From the IMG/VR virus record IMGVR_UViG_2887198475_000002: a DNA stretch of 64,000 bases. The stretch is one strand, 5' to 3'. The translations under genes were made by a program, and so were the position numbers. Positions 38,601 through 47,844 of this stretch are shown piece by piece (positions within the stretch are counted from its first letter, which is position 1; the number at the start of each line of letters is the position of its first letter). The notes beneath the pieces were generated by a model. That model saw nothing but the letters and a program-made list of their open reading frames with translations, was not told where the DNA came from and did no database searches. This DNA is from a virus. Taxonomy: Duplodnaviria; Caudoviricetes.

Positions 38601-41600
38601 CGCAGAGCGAGTTCTACACCCCGCCGGCGGTTGCCTCCTCGATGTGGGACATGCTGCGGAATGCCGGCTTCTCCGGCGGGAGCGTGTTGGAGCCGAGCTG
38701 CGGAACCGGCGTCTACCTGCACACCGCCCCCGAGGCCGCCCGGGTTACGGGCGTGGAGATGGACCCGACCAGCGCGCGGATCGCCGGCATCCTGCACGGC
38801 CCGGCCGGGCACGACATCCACAACGCCAGTCTTGAGCGGTTCGCGACCCAGGACGGCCGGCAATTCGACGCGGTGATCGGCAACGTGCCGTTCTGCGGCC
38901 GCGGCAGCCTCCTGAAAGACGACAAGCCGGAGCTGCCGCGCGCTGAGCAGTACTTCGTGGATACCGCGCTCGACAAATGCCGGGACGGGGGCCTTGTGGC
39001 CGTGATCGTCCCGACCGGCATCATGGACGCCCAGGGCACCCGCAGCTTCCGCGAGCGCATCATGGCGAAAGCGGAGTTCCTGGGCGGCCGGCGGCTGCCG
39101 AATACGTGCTTCCAGGCTGCCCATACCGAGGTGACGAGCGACATCCTCGTGTTCCGCAAGCGCCCCCAGGAGATCGCCGGGGCGCTGGGCGCGCTCGATC
39201 AGGACCAGCTCAAGGCCGCAGGCGTATGGGACGCCGAGTTCCTGGCCGGGACCTACTTCCAGGGCCGCGGCGCCCCGAACGTCATGGGCCGCGTGACGAC
39301 GAAGATGGGGCAATTCGGCGAGGAGGCGACCGTCGCCGGCAGCATGGAGGGCGTGCCCGAGGCCCTGTCCACCTGGGCGCCGGAGGAGCCGGTAGCCCCC
39401 TCCCCGTCCGTGCCTGCCATCCTCGAAAGCCTGGGCGACGACGCGGCGGCCCGCCGGCGCGTGACCAACGCGGCGCTGCGCACCCCCTATCAGGTCGCGC
39501 AGCCCGGGGACGTGCGGGTGGTCAACGGCGTCCGCTATGTCCTGCAAGGCCAACCGCCACGATGGAACCGGGCCGAGGAGGAGGTTCCAGAGGCGGTCGA
39601 GGACGCCCGGCACATCGCGGAGCTGCTGGACGACTTGGCCGAGGGCCGGGCGCGCGATCCGAAATTCACCCGGGCGGGGCTGATCGAGGCCCTGGACTCC
39701 TGGGTGGCGGCCCACGGCACGCCAGCCAGCAACAAGCAGCTCCGCGCGTGGCTGGCCGCGCCGTTCATGCCCCGGGGCGAGGACGTGCATCCCGAGGACC
39801 ACGCCCATCAGGTGCAGCAGGCCCAGCGCCACGTCGCTCGCATCTTGGGCGCGGTCAACGCTGACGGCAGCTATTCCGACCTCGTGACCGGGCGCGTGCG
39901 CGAGGCCGAGGCCGCAGACCTTGAGACGGTGGCGACGCGGCTGGCGCTGGAATGGGGCGGGTTCACAGCCGACCAGCTCGCCACCGCGGCCAACGCGCAC
40001 GTCGATACCGTGCTGGATCGGCTGCACGCCTCCTCCGACTTCGCGGTGGAGGCGGACGGCAAGACGTGGACGACGATCGACGGCTACATGACCGGCGACC
40101 TGTGGCCGAAGCTGGATGCAGCCCGGGCCGCCGCAGCGGAGCCGAGCGTCGCGCCCGAGCTGCGCGCGAAGTATCAGCGGCAGGTCGCCGAGCTGGAAAA
40201 GGCCATCGACCCCAAGAGCCTTGAGGACGTGGAAGTCACGCTTTCCTCCGGCTTCGTCCAGCCGGGCGACATCGAGGCGTGGTTCACGGCGCGGAACGAC
40301 GCCTACAAGGAGCGCAATCCTGGCCGGGCCTGGGAGCCGGGCGAATACAGCGTCACCTATGACAGCGGCGCATGGTCGATCCGGAGGGCAGACGACGGCG
40401 GCGCCCCCTTCCGCGGCAACGATGCGGAGCTGGTGGAGCGTTTTCTTAACCGCGATGGCGTGCGCCGGACCGAGACAGAAAAAGTCGAGGCCCTGAACCG
40501 CGAGTTCAAGACGTGGCTGCTGGGCAGCGAACGTCGAGAGGCGATGGAGGACCGATACAACAGGCTGTATCGCGGCTTCCGCGCACGCGAGTTCTCGAAC
40601 GCCCCCATCCACATCGCCGGCATGAACACGGAGGGCTTGAAGGCTTTCCAGTACGGCGGCGTTCGCTGGGCACTGGCAGCGGGCAAGGGCATCGTCGCCG
40701 CAGATGTCGGCCTTGGCAAGACGGTGAGGGGCCTCATGCTGGCGCGCCTCGCCAAGCAGACAGGGCAGGCGAAGCGGCCAACCTTCGTTGTCCCCAAGAG
40801 CGTGGTCGCGAATTGGGTTGCAGAGGCCGAGAAGTGGTTCCCCGGCAGCCGGGTCCTCGTGATCGGCGAGAGCATGGTCAAGGGGCGGGACGGCACGATG
40901 AAGGCCGTGTCCGACGACGAGGCCACCCGGAAGCAAAAGCTCCAATCGCTGACGCAAAACGATTGGGATTTCGTGTTCATCACGCAGCCCGCCTGGAACG
41001 AGCTGGATGTCTCCCCCGAGCTGCGCGACCGCTACGAAAACGACAACTTCTGGACCCAGCGCGCCGACGCGCTCGACCGGGCCAAGAGCGACAAGAAGCG
41101 CGGGAAGATCCGGACCGCGTTCGAGCTGCAGCAGGCCAAGCAGACCTTCACCAAGCGCGAGGGCTCGATCTTCTTCGATGACCTTGGCGTGGACATGCTC
41201 GTCATGGACGAGGCGCACTGCTTCCCGGCGGGGACGCTGGTGGACGGGCGCCCCATCGAGAGCTTCCATGCCGGGGATTTGGTGCGGGCCTTCGACCACG
41301 CCGCCGGTCGCATCGTCCTTTCCAGAGTTGCCAACCTACAGATCCGCGTCCCCCGCGATCTCTATCGGATCGAGATGGACGACGGCACGACGCTGATCTG
41401 CACAGGCAAGCACCCGATCTTCACGCCGCACGGCTACATCTTTGCCGAAGATATCGCTGTCGGTGACGTGGCGTTCAAAAACAAGCGGGGACCGGCGGAT
41501 GGTGAAGAAGAAAGGCGACCCATGGAGGCGGAGCGTTCCTCGCCTGGAAACGGCGACGCTTCCATGCGCGTGGTGCGGCACGCCCTTGAAGCTGACGCCG

Positions 41601-44600
41601 CAGCAGGATTGGAGGCGCCGCGAGGGGCAGCGGAACTTCTTCTGCAACAAGACCCACTCGGCGCATTCCAGGGAAGCCCGGAAGAGGCCGAATCCCTCCG
41701 CCATGGAAGCAGAGATTGCGCAGGCGAAGGCGCGATTGCTGGCCGTGCTGGGAGATGGTTGGGTGGCGGAGCACATGGTCAAGGAGCCGTATCCGGAGAA
41801 CGGCATCCCGTTTTGCTACAAGGTGGACATCGCACACCCCGGGCTGCTGATCGCCATGGACGTGATCGCATTGCACCCATCGTATTCCAAGCAGGGCCGG
41901 GACCACAGGAGGGAGGCGATTTTATGGAGGTGCGGGTGGCGCGTGTTGCGCCTCTCGATAGGGGAGTTGACGAAACGTTTGGAGGAGTGTGCAAGGGCGG
42001 CGTCGTCTACAACATCGAAGTAGAGCGCCATCACAACTACATCGCCGAAGGCATCCTCGTTCATAACAGCTACAAGAATCTGTTCGCCGCACGCCAGCGG
42101 TTCGGCGAAAGCCCGAAGTTCCTGGGCGGATCCGGGCAGAGCAAGCGCGCGCTGGACACCTTCCACAAAACCAGGGCGCTGCGCGACGCGAACGGCGGGA
42201 AGGGCGTGTTCATGCTCACCGCCACGCCCACGAAGAACAGCCCGCTTGAAGTTTACTCCATGCTTTCGCACATCGCGCCCGAGGCATTCGAGCGCATGGG
42301 CATCCGGAACGCCGAGGATTTCCTCGACCGATTCTGCGTGTTCGAGACACGGAAGATTCTCGGTCTCAACGGCGAGTATGACGACGATCTGTGCGTGACA
42401 GGCTTCAAGAACCTGTCCGAGCTGCGCGAGGTAATGCGCCGCTACATCGACCACAAGACCGCCGAAGATGTCGGGCTTGAGCTGCCGGAGCGCGACGATC
42501 AGCAGCACATGGTCGATATGACGCCGGCCCAGGAAGCCGTTTACGAGGAGCTTCGCTCGCTCATTGCCGGCAAGGACGATGCCGCTGGCAAGATCGACGC
42601 CGAAGGTGAGGCGCACATCTTTTCCGTCATGGACAAGATGCAGAAGGCGACGCTCGACCTGTCCCTGCTGGGGCCGGAGCATGCAGGCGAAGCAAGCCCG
42701 AAGATGGAGCTGTGCGCAAAGAACGTTGCCAGGGGCGCAGCAGACGGCGGGCAGGTTGTGTTCTGCGAAGCGATCGACACGCACGAGAAGATCGTGGACA
42801 TGATCGCCAAGCATGGTATCCCGCGCGAGCGCATCGCCATCATCAACGGCAACACCGCCAAGACCGGCGATGCGCGCCAGAAAATCAGCGACGCCTTCAA
42901 CTCCGGCCGCATCGACGTGGTGATCGCCAACAAGACGGCCGAGGAGGGCGTGAACCTCCAAAAGCGCACTGCCGACATCCATCATCTCGATCTGCCGTGG
43001 GAGCCTGCGACCCTACAGCAGCGCAACGGGCGCGGGCTCCGCCAGGGCAACACCAACAAGGCGGTGCGACTGCACACCTATCTGGCCCGCGGCAGCTTCG
43101 ACGGCTATCGCTGGCAGACGATCAGCGCAAAGAAGGATTGGCAAGACCTGCTGTGGAATGGCGGGGACACCGTCGAAAACCTCGTGTTCGAGGGCGGCGG
43201 CACGCGCGAGGAGATGATGATCGCGCTGTCCAAAGATCCAGACGCCACTGCGAAGAAACTGTCGGAGGACAAGGAGGCGCAGCAGGCGCGCACCGAAGCG
43301 GCGGAGCGCGGGAAGGCGACCGATCAGTTCACGCGCTATCAGGAGATGCGCCGCAGCCTTGCGGAGTTGCGCGCCAAGCACCCGCAGGGAGCCGAGCCGA
43401 GCGCGGCAATGCGGCGCCTCGAATACCGGTCCGACGTGCTCGCTGACACGCTGCGGCACTCGAAATGGTTCGCACACAAGGAGCTGCTGGACAGCGTCGA
43501 GCCGGCATACATCGAGCCGAGCACCAACGTCGCATGGACGAAGGGCAGGGGGTTCGAGCTGGCCGGCGGCTCCGGCGGGCCGATCCACTACAGCTCCTCG
43601 CCGACGCGCTGGGTGGTCGAGGGCGTGGACCTGGGCAATGATGCCGGGCCGCAGATCATTGCCCGACAATGGGGGGCCACCCCAGGCGATGACAGCAAGA
43701 CCGTCCGCATGGACGCGGCGAAGTTCAAGGCGGGCGTGACGCCGATCGCCTACAGCCAGGAGGAAGAGGAAAAGCACATCGCGGCGGAGAAGGCCGCCCG
43801 CGAGGCGAAGGCCAAGAAGGAGGCCGAGGAGAAAGGCGTTGCCCACCTGGGCGAAGTCGCGGCCATGCCGCCCGTCGTGGTGCAGGCGCGCGCCGCCGAG
43901 CTGCAACGCCAGCTCAAGGCATCCGCGGCCGCCTACAAGGATTACGGCTGGGATGGCCCGCTGCCGCTGGTGCGGCCGGATGGCAGCGTGTTCGCCGCCG
44001 AGAGCTACGATGCGCGCAAGCGCCTCGCCGACAACGACTTCCTCCTGCCCACCCCGGAGAACCGGGAGAAGGCCATCGCCGCCTATGCCGACCTCGCATC
44101 GCGCCGCCGCATCCGAAACAACTTCGTGTCCGGCCGCCGCGGCAAGACCACCCATGTCGGCGTGAAGGCCAGCTATCCGGACAGCAACCGGGAATACTCC
44201 GGGTTCGAGGCGAACCCGTGGGAGAAGATCATCCGGCAGCTCTACGGGGACGGCGCGGTGCAGGAGGCGCGCGCCGCCGCCGACAAGCGGATCAGGGAGC
44301 GCATCGACGCGGCGCCCGACTTCCGCTCCGCGGTTGAGGCCGCACAGCCGGCGGTGCAGCTCCCGCAGTATGGCGGCTCGCTGGCCGCCGGGGCGTGGCC
44401 GGCCGATGTGGTGGCGAAGCTGTGGGACAAGGCCGCGGCCGAAGGGCTGCTGCACACCCCGCTGCGGCAGGCGGCGCCGAGCGATTACCAGGGCAGCATC
44501 AACCACCACACGTTCAGCATGCCCGTCCCGGGCAGCTCCTACGACCGCACCAACCCCGGCATGAAGGTGGGCGACTTCCTGAACGCCGTGGGGGCGGGCA

Positions 44601-44959
44601 GGGAGATGCCGCCCGCGCCGGAGCCGGCGCCCAACCCCAAGCCGCAACCGGCGGCGATGCCAGCCGCAGCGCCCACCCAGCCCCCGGAAGCCGGACAGAA
44701 ACCGGCGGAAATAGCCGGACAGAAGCCGGATGCGATATCCGGACAAAAGCCAGCGTTTCCCGGACAGAAGCCGGCGAAAGCCGGACAATCGGCGAACAGG
44801 CCCGATGGCGGGCGCCAGCTCGTGGAGCACGTCACGGCGAATGGCAAGACGATCCGGGGCGTCATCCGGCGCGATCTGTCCTACCATGAGGCCAAGAAGA
44901 TCGACCCCTATACGTTCCGCAAGGACGGGGGGATGTTCATCAGGGAGAAGCACCTTTGA
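35666..44959 (+). CDS. DarB-like polyvalent protein: N6-adenine methyltransferase + SNF2 helicase, intein-containing
   Basis: VLEPSCGTG and GNVPF (MTase); DVGLGKT, DEAH, TATP, EGVNLQ, QRNGRGLRQG (SF2). Confidence 0.9.
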   Translation: MQTDTPPPVLLFFAKAVIRGGASSDLFADKVEVAGYTNTHGTFVAPHKATRHKRRVVRAVPEAARVHVQPDLFGARLAAEAPAKRTPKTDDRQTMLFGAPAPAPEQPAATPEAKPQDIDRRLAALKERRAPHPEEVAPEPAAAPQPAPKAQEAPQAAPAPQSIADRIVQTYLKLTGGQVNRRARLADIRAAMPDVPREDLDRALFALAHGGDAGLLRNDDQAMLRPEDRTAAVQIGDQERHLLWLDRPDPKVAGQESPEPPAPAQEAPKATEPAAKVPDAIKGRLKRALAALADVEAAMEGARRTDEKFQGDGRYEYDAYQNRATQREAAQAMLAKFREQARKLGIDPEATIRELGGEPNVSMSQAGQAYAAGTGQEPDVSKTEVGQMPAAPAEQKPSADPLHASDEEWRRAIYDAMQARWDAGKDVTVRTALRVTKIGPKHRDSVRFRDEQIQIARGKGWDTLLGIGREIDQLAHELGLPTGQQRADAQQAARTPEDDARDEAQLDAAARELRPLVDAQDRAREKWATSRSLEDEKALDAAGAPVQEAGKRLGLTELRLHDAIELASNMDPAPAGAGQEPDEPKAEAGQKPDTPPAAAEPAPGAKSEPIKLRQGDGEAASVLLHAAARGDKEAAGRMTAKEMLEAANRRKFDIAQRNQRDPSLQTYADALMNLVVEHANADGKHDAFLSSLKGQAAFNFLTDAIGETLAQAIEEAQPQKKGRKKAGKEPAQAGQQAADKPDETRAKAGQTPAERPKKGAKGDRAAVVAAVRDALDRDDAPAAIAALESLTYQDLQAAADALSLPFTANPKGKKELVGRLHKIIPKLTRSAVAAFQREKHIAGIRSELKKDEHALADREAWEAGSSPDDPAWAYARLPVGLTKDQLKERIAQRRRELAQAEGGASPEEPQPEAPAESPPPAAPAKLTSFGVQPGTTKGERKKANKRALAILAEKRDEEMTDEDREALARYTGNGGVGDSQSEFYTPPAVASSMWDMLRNAGFSGGSVLEPSCGTGVYLHTAPEAARVTGVEMDPTSARIAGILHGPAGHDIHNASLERFATQDGRQFDAVIGNVPFCGRGSLLKDDKPELPRAEQYFVDTALDKCRDGGLVAVIVPTGIMDAQGTRSFRERIMAKAEFLGGRRLPNTCFQAAHTEVTSDILVFRKRPQEIAGALGALDQDQLKAAGVWDAEFLAGTYFQGRGAPNVMGRVTTKMGQFGEEATVAGSMEGVPEALSTWAPEEPVAPSPSVPAILESLGDDAAARRRVTNAALRTPYQVAQPGDVRVVNGVRYVLQGQPPRWNRAEEEVPEAVEDARHIAELLDDLAEGRARDPKFTRAGLIEALDSWVAAHGTPASNKQLRAWLAAPFMPRGEDVHPEDHAHQVQQAQRHVARILGAVNADGSYSDLVTGRVREAEAADLETVATRLALEWGGFTADQLATAANAHVDTVLDRLHASSDFAVEADGKTWTTIDGYMTGDLWPKLDAARAAAAEPSVAPELRAKYQRQVAELEKAIDPKSLEDVEVTLSSGFVQPGDIEAWFTARNDAYKERNPGRAWEPGEYSVTYDSGAWSIRRADDGGAPFRGNDAELVERFLNRDGVRRTETEKVEALNREFKTWLLGSERREAMEDRYNRLYRGFRAREFSNAPIHIAGMNTEGLKAFQYGGVRWALAAGKGIVAADVGLGKTVRGLMLARLAKQTGQAKRPTFVVPKSVVANWVAEAEKWFPGSRVLVIGESMVKGRDGTMKAVSDDEATRKQKLQSLTQNDWDFVFITQPAWNELDVSPELRDRYENDNFWTQRADALDRAKSDKKRGKIRTAFELQQAKQTFTKREGSIFFDDLGVDMLVMDEAHCFPAGTLVDGRPIESFHAGDLVRAFDHAAGRIVLSRVANLQIRVPRDLYRIEMDDGTTLICTGKHPIFTPHGYIFAEDIAVGDVAFKNKRGPADGEEERRPMEAERSSPGNGDASMRVVRHALEADAAAGLEAPRGAAELLLQQDPLGAFQGSPEEAESLRHGSRDCAGEGAIAGRAGRWLGGGAHGQGAVSGERHPVLLQGGHRTPRAADRHGRDRIAPIVFQAGPGPQEGGDFMEVRVARVAPLDRGVDETFGGVCKGGVVYNIEVERHHNYIAEGILVHNSYKNLFAARQRFGESPKFLGGSGQSKRALDTFHKTRALRDANGGKGVFMLTATPTKNSPLEVYSMLSHIAPEAFERMGIRNAEDFLDRFCVFETRKILGLNGEYDDDLCVTGFKNLSELREVMRRYIDHKTAEDVGLELPERDDQQHMVDMTPAQEAVYEELRSLIAGKDDAAGKIDAEGEAHIFSVMDKMQKATLDLSLLGPEHAGEASPKMELCAKNVARGAADGGQVVFCEAIDTHEKIVDMIAKHGIPRERIAIINGNTAKTGDARQKISDAFNSGRIDVVIANKTAEEGVNLQKRTADIHHLDLPWEPATLQQRNGRGLRQGNTNKAVRLHTYLARGSFDGYRWQTISAKKDWQDLLWNGGDTVENLVFEGGGTREEMMIALSKDPDATAKKLSEDKEAQQARTEAAERGKATDQFTRYQEMRRSLAELRAKHPQGAEPSAAMRRLEYRSDVLADTLRHSKWFAHKELLDSVEPAYIEPSTNVAWTKGRGFELAGGSGGPIHYSSSPTRWVVEGVDLGNDAGPQIIARQWGATPGDDSKTVRMDAAKFKAGVTPIAYSQEEEEKHIAAEKAAREAKAKKEAEEKGVAHLGEVAAMPPVVVQARAAELQRQLKASAAAYKDYGWDGPLPLVRPDGSVFAAESYDARKRLADNDFLLPTPENREKAIAAYADLASRRRIRNNFVSGRRGKTTHVGVKASYPDSNREYSGFEANPWEKIIRQLYGDGAVQEARAAADKRIRERIDAAPDFRSAVEAAQPAVQLPQYGGSLAAGAWPADVVAKLWDKAAAEGLLHTPLRQAAPSDYQGSINHHTFSMPVPGSSYDRTNPGMKVGDFLNAVGAGREMPPAPEPAPNPKPQPAAMPAAAPTQPPEAGQKPAEIAGQKPDAISGQKPAFPGQKPAKAGQSANRPDGGRQLVEHVTANGKTIRGVIRRDLSYHEAKKIDPYTFRKDGGMFIREKHL
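41219..42067 (+). mobile_element. Intein (283 aa) inserted right after DEAH
   Basis: CFPAGTLV (block A), TGKHPIF (block B), VYNIEV..HNY...VHN|S (blocks F/G); removal restores DEAHSYKN. Confidence 0.92.
41499..42023 (+). CDS. Nested +1-frame Zn-finger + DUF559/Vsr-like endonuclease
   Basis: CAWC..FFCNKTH; YKVDIA..LIAMDV..H..RDHRREAIL..GWRVLRL. Confidence 0.75.
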   Translation: MVKKKGDPWRRSVPRLETATLPCAWCGTPLKLTPQQDWRRREGQRNFFCNKTHSAHSREARKRPNPSAMEAEIAQAKARLLAVLGDGWVAEHMVKEPYPENGIPFCYKVDIAHPGLLIAMDVIALHPSYSKQGRDHRREAILWRCGWRVLRLSIGELTKRLEECARAASSTTSK

Positions 44960-45315
44960 GCGACACCCCAGGCCAGATCGACGTACCGACCGCGCTCCGG
45001 AACATCATCGGCGTGTTGCAGGAGAACCCGGCCAACTATCGCCTGTTCGGCGTGTGGTGGTGGCCGGTGAAGCTGGCCCTGCACGTCACCGGGCATGGCC
45101 AGGAGGTGCCGGGCCTGTCCAACCTGCCGTCCGGCAAGAAGCCGTACATGGACGAGGAGCAGGCGGCGCTGGTACCGAAGGGCGGGGTGCAGGAGATCCT
45201 GGCCGCGGCCTTCGAGGAGTATGGGCACAACGCACGTTTCGGGCGCCCCAACGGTCAGGTCGAGACGCCCGATGGCGAGGTGGTGACGATCTACGACCCC
45301 GACATCGGGTTTTAG
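44956..45315 (+). CDS. Hypothetical protein coupled to DarB-like gene
   Basis: TTGA overlap; YRLFGVWWWPVK. Confidence 0.7.
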   Translation: MSDTPGQIDVPTALRNIIGVLQENPANYRLFGVWWWPVKLALHVTGHGQEVPGLSNLPSGKKPYMDEEQAALVPKGGVQEILAAAFEEYGHNARFGRPNGQVETPDGEVVTIYDPDIGF

Positions 45316-45483
45316 GATCCGTGCCCGAATACCCCTTTCGACATGCCGGTCAGCATTCATTCCATAGTTGGCACGACATGGTCCAAGGTGCCAAAGAGAA
45401 ACGAAACCGCTATGATCGCTTCACCTCTTGTCAGAGGCTGGATCTGGGACTGCGTCGTCCCGTTGCACGAAAGAGCGTGAGTC

Positions 45484-45948
45484 TTGCAATTAAATATAGC
45501 ACTTTTACTATTTGCTATCGTGCTGTTTGGCTTGCTGATCTGGTTAATGGCTCAGATCCTGCCGTCTACAGAGGAGAAGCCAGAATCTGCCCCACCCAAG
45601 ATATCTCCACGTAGCAACAAACCGATCCGCCCGCGCTCTGTCGAAGAGCAACTTCGTGATGAGATAGCAGCGGTTCATAATAAGCTGGCATTCCTACAGG
45701 GCGAACATGACCGTTGGAAGGAGCGAGCTAAAGCACTGGCCACTCGCGTTTGCGAGCTTGAAAGTGCTCATGCGGAAAGCATTAAAACTGATTCCGGGGA
45801 TCGCTCTCAATACCGGCGCCTGCGCAGCCTAATCGCAACCGAATTTCATCCTGACCATATCAAGGTTGAAGGTATAGAAAAGATAGTCCGAACGGAGATA
45901 TTCAAGGCAATCTGGCCAAAAGTGCAGGATATTGAAAAGACTCATTAA
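45484..45948 (+). CDS. Membrane-anchored coiled coil with J-domain-like HPD
   Basis: N-terminal TM; YRRL..EFHPD; lower GC. Confidence 0.55.
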   Translation: MQLNIALLLFAIVLFGLLIWLMAQILPSTEEKPESAPPKISPRSNKPIRPRSVEEQLRDEIAAVHNKLAFLQGEHDRWKERAKALATRVCELESAHAESIKTDSGDRSQYRRLRSLIATEFHPDHIKVEGIEKIVRTEIFKAIWPKVQDIEKTH

Positions 45949-46133
45949 GTCATATCATGGTTGTACAAAACTGAAAGTGACAGAGAGGACAAGATGCCTA
46001 TTTCGGCCACGGGTTCACCATTAGGATCCGAGCCAAAATAAACTTTTTTATGTGCCTGTCAGTATTCTCATGGCGGCAACGTTACTTGCACTCGAAATCC
46101 ACTGATTTGGATCGTTTGTTCAAACTTGATCCT

Positions 46134-46367
46134 TTAGCGGAGCGTATCCGGCCGCCGCCGGGCCGCATCGAAGGCCCGGCGATCGCGGTCCGCTTCGCGC
46201 TCCCGAGCGGACCGGTCCTGTTCGGCCTGGAACGCCCGCTCCTGGGCGGCGCGCTTGTCGCGGAGCCACTGATCCGCGCGCCACTCCTCCTCCGCGGTCG
46301 GATCGCGAGCAGCGGCCGGGAGCGCCGCCAGCAGGGCCAGTGCCAGGAAAGCGGCGCGCAGCATCAT
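46134..46367 (-). CDS. Small secreted protein
   Basis: AGGAGG SD; signal peptide. Confidence 0.55.
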   Translation of the reverse strand: MMLRAAFLALALLAALPAAARDPTAEEEWRADQWLRDKRAAQERAFQAEQDRSAREREADRDRRAFDAARRRPDTLR

Positions 46368-46373
46368 GGCCTC

Positions 46374-46838
46374 CTACCCGGCTGTGAGCCGGAATGCGAT
46401 TGCAAAGCCGATCAGGCACCCGATGACGAACACGCCCCCGAGCACCGCGGCCACCACAGCGTACGTCCGCCGGTCGAATGCCTTCTTCCAGCCGGAGGAC
46501 TCCCGTTCGATTGCCGCGCCGACGCGCGCCTCCATCGCGGCGATCACCCGCGCCTGGAACGCCTCCATCGCTGCCGGCGGGAGCGGTTGCCGGGCCTCGA
46601 ACATGATCCGCGCCAGGGCAGGCATCAGCTCCACGAAGGCCGCCTGGGCGACGAAGATTTCCCGCCAGTAGGGATCGCCCTTCACGCCCGGCGCGCGCGC
46701 CGCGGCGACGATCCGTTCGAGCGTCCGATCCACCCGCCCCTGGAAATCGGCCATCAGCTTCGCTGCGTCAGGCCCGGGCAGAGCAGACGGGGGAGAAGGA
46801 GGCGTTGCCTCCTCCTCCCCACGCGCCACAGCATCCAT
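46374..46838 (-). CDS. TraM/MobE-like protein with C-terminal TM
   Basis: Third gene of trio; GDP motif, helical body, C-terminal TM. Confidence 0.5.
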   Translation of the reverse strand: MDAVARGEEEATPPSPPSALPGPDAAKLMADFQGRVDRTLERIVAAARAPGVKGDPYWREIFVAQAAFVELMPALARIMFEARQPLPPAAMEAFQARVIAAMEARVGAAIERESSGWKKAFDRRTYAVVAAVLGGVFVIGCLIGFAIAFRLTAG

Positions 46839-46864
46839 CAGGGCGCGTATTCCCTCCGGGCCGG

Positions 46865-47827
46865 CTACGCCAGCCACGGTAGGAAGCCTTTGCCTTCCAG
46901 CGGCGCTAGCTCCTCGTTCACCGCTTCGAGGTAGCGGCGCACGACGGGCCGGTAGACGCCGGGGATGGGCGGGTTCTTGTTGCCCTCCGGCACGATGCCG
47001 TCCCGGGCCTCGTGGAACAGGAACCGGCGGCTCTCGATCCACAGGGCAAGATCCTGCGGGGCCAGCCGAGGCCACCACAGCTCGACCGCGCCTTCCTCAA
47101 GCGCCCGCTGATATGCCGGGGTGCGGCGAATCGTCTCGAACGATGCCGGGCTATCCGCGCGCCCCAGGTTCAGGATCAGCAGCGAGGCCGGCCATTTGAC
47201 GCCGAGGCGCTGATGCTCGGCGAGCTGCGCCACGTCATCGACCGCGGGCGTGAGCACATAGGCCCCGATCAGCGACACCGCGCCCTGGCGGAGCTGATCC
47301 GGCAGCGTCGGGCCGCTGGCGATCAGCTCGCCGAAAGCGATAGCGTCGGCCCCCAGGTCGAAATACCCGCCCAGGAACTTCCCCTTGCCCCGTGCGGAGG
47401 GCAGCGCCCCGAACACCTTCCGCTGCCACTCGACCACCTGGGCAATGTTCCGGCCCGGGGGCTGCATAACCTGGGCGAAAAATTCGACCAGCAGCCGCGC
47501 CCCGGGATCGGAGGCGAGGAGGATGGTCCGGTCCAGCGACTCCGGGGCCGATTCGAGCTGCTTGCCGCCCAGGGTCCGGGCGATCGTCGTCTTGCCGCTG
47601 TCCCCCGAGCCGATGAGCGCCCAGACGGGCGCGGTGCCCGACAGGTCAGGGATTGGCTTCGTGCGCTGGGTGCGCTTGGGGCCGGCGTCGGTGGGGAGGC
47701 TCGCGGTCGCCGGGACCACTACCTCGTCCATCTCCTCTGCCAGCAGATCGGCCAGCGACTTCCCCTCGTCCTTTTCGGCATCCGGGGGGTTCTCCTTCAC
47801 CACGTTCAGCTTTGGCGCTTGCGCCAT
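46865..47827 (-). CDS. P-loop NTPase, TraL/StbB/MobD-like
   Basis: GSGDSGKTT; FDLGAD; LILNLG. Confidence 0.65.
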   Translation of the reverse strand: MAQAPKLNVVKENPPDAEKDEGKSLADLLAEEMDEVVVPATASLPTDAGPKRTQRTKPIPDLSGTAPVWALIGSGDSGKTTIARTLGGKQLESAPESLDRTILLASDPGARLLVEFFAQVMQPPGRNIAQVVEWQRKVFGALPSARGKGKFLGGYFDLGADAIAFGELIASGPTLPDQLRQGAVSLIGAYVLTPAVDDVAQLAEHQRLGVKWPASLLILNLGRADSPASFETIRRTPAYQRALEEGAVELWWPRLAPQDLALWIESRRFLFHEARDGIVPEGNKNPPIPGVYRPVVRRYLEAVNEELAPLEGKGFLPWLA

Positions 47828-47844
47828 ACCAGTTCCCTTTCAGA

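Noticed and set aside
35402-41299. 1965-aa minus-strand ORF and similar long ORFs (7646-12412, 1591-3525, 43013-44953, 60865-62730, 22995-24455)
   Set aside because: Antisense shadows of real GC3-rich genes, with no motifs
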